Below, in pieces: positions 63,287-64,000 of a stretch of DNA of 64,000 nt. Source of the stretch: a virus. Every line of letters starts with the position of its first letter. Within the stretch, counting starts at the first letter, position 1. Made by a program: the position numbers and the translations under genes. The stretch lies in the IMG/VR virus record IMGVR_UViG_3300035696_000024, positions 1 through 64,000 of that record; one strand, written 5' to 3'. The notes below the pieces were generated by a model that saw nothing but the letters and a program-made list of their open reading frames with translations, did not search any database and had not been told where the DNA came from.

Positions 63287-64000
63287 AATTTTTCATCTGC
63301 CGTTCTGCTACTTGGATAAGTTTTCTGATAATTTCTTCAGCTTTGCCACCACCCAACAAAACTTCTTTTATGTGTGGTATTGGTATTCTGTAAAATAATT
63401 TCTTTACCAAAGGCAGGTATTCTATTTTGTCTGCTGGTATCAATCGTCGCAATCTGTTATCCAATCCCGGTCCTGCTAAAAATTGTTTCATTTCGTCGCT
63501 CAATTTTTCTGTATCTAATTGTTCTTGAGAGGCGACATCCATAGAAATATATTCTCCTATACCTTTAACCAACTCATGAATCAGTAATACAAAATTTCTT
63601 CCCCTGACTTTAATGGTATATTTGTCACCTGTTGGAATTACTTCTTCACTGCCAACGGCACAACTATTTACAAAATCTCTAGTAAATCCCATACTTGGCA
63701 TTCTATAATTTAGAACTAATGATACAGCCGATAAAAGTCCATATTTTTGTGGTAAAGTTCCATCTATTCTTTGTAATTCCTCATTTACCTCGTTAAAAAG
63801 AAAGAATTTATTCAGAGCATCCCCTTGAGTAATATAATTTGCTAATGCTCGTCTTAATTTACCTTCTGTGTCTATGGACAAAGCTGAATAAATTTGAGTA
63901 TTGAGATTTTCAGCTACAGTCAATCCATTGCCCATCAGTTGGTCCAATTCATCTTCAGCAACAGCATTCATAAGGTCAGCAGTATCCAATTTAAGGTCTA
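63276..64000 (-). CDS. conserved phage hypothetical protein, 5'-truncated by window edge
   Basis: The frame is open to the window end. KLRRALANYITQG and FVLLIHELVKGIGE motifs. Confidence 0.7.
   Translation of the reverse strand, partial: DLKLDTADLMNAVAEDELDQLMGNGLTVAENLNTQIYSALSIDTEGKLRRALANYITQGDALNKFFLFNEVNEELQRIDGTLPQKYGLLSAVSLVLNYRMPSMGFTRDFVNSCAVGSEEVIPTGDKYTIKVRGRNFVLLIHELVKGIGEYISMDVASQEQLDTEKLSDEMKQFLAGPGLDNRLRRLIPADKIEYLPLVKKLFYRIPIPHIKEVLLGGGKAEEIIRKLIQVAERQMKNYGS

Noticed and set aside
1-64000. Stop-codon reassignment (seen in some large phages)
   Set aside because: Genes are full-length and densely packed in code 11. TAG (e.g. 25358, 39821, 51604) and TGA both terminate genes normally.
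1-64000. CRISPR array, tRNA genes, diversity-generating retroelement
   Set aside because: No regularly spaced repeats, cloverleaf sequences, reverse transcriptase or TR/VR pair were seen, and intergenic gaps are short.

Overview
This AT-rich 64-kb window is part of a large tailed phage genome with a T4-like myovirus gene set, in the standard genetic code. It contains no rRNA, tRNA or CRISPR array that I can support. The plus-strand arm (1-39.8 kb) encodes putative head-associated proteins (two with nucleotidyltransferase domains), tail tube, tail chaperone, tape measure and baseplate genes. It also encodes a compact divergent family A DNA polymerase, gp32-like SSB, endonuclease VII, UvsX/RecA, 5'-3' exonuclease, gp41/DnaB helicase, class II ribonucleotide reductase and a gp62-like clamp loader subunit. 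The minus-strand arm (39.8-64 kb) is a ~23-kb glycan-biosynthesis operon with about 10 glycosyltransferases, Ugd, Glf, an HldE-type kinase, a fused TPP enzyme, a Zn dehydrogenase, a B12 radical SAM enzyme, several methyltransferases and dUTPase. Four signals stand out. (1) Four related Mom/DUF4338(DruA)-type GNAT proteins occur with a dATP/dGTP diphosphohydrolase and a polymerase with non-canonical active-site residues, suggesting an uncharacterised DNA-modification system. (2) A recurrent amphipathic 'LKxxIxExxxE' motif marks many unrelated late proteins and may be a head-packaging and maturation tag. (3) The sugar pathway may make branched, methylated sugars. (4) There is a likely programmed +1/-2 frameshift before the tape measure gene, two promoter classes, and strong GATC/CCWGG avoidance. 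All family assignments come from motif recognition by eye, not from database searches.
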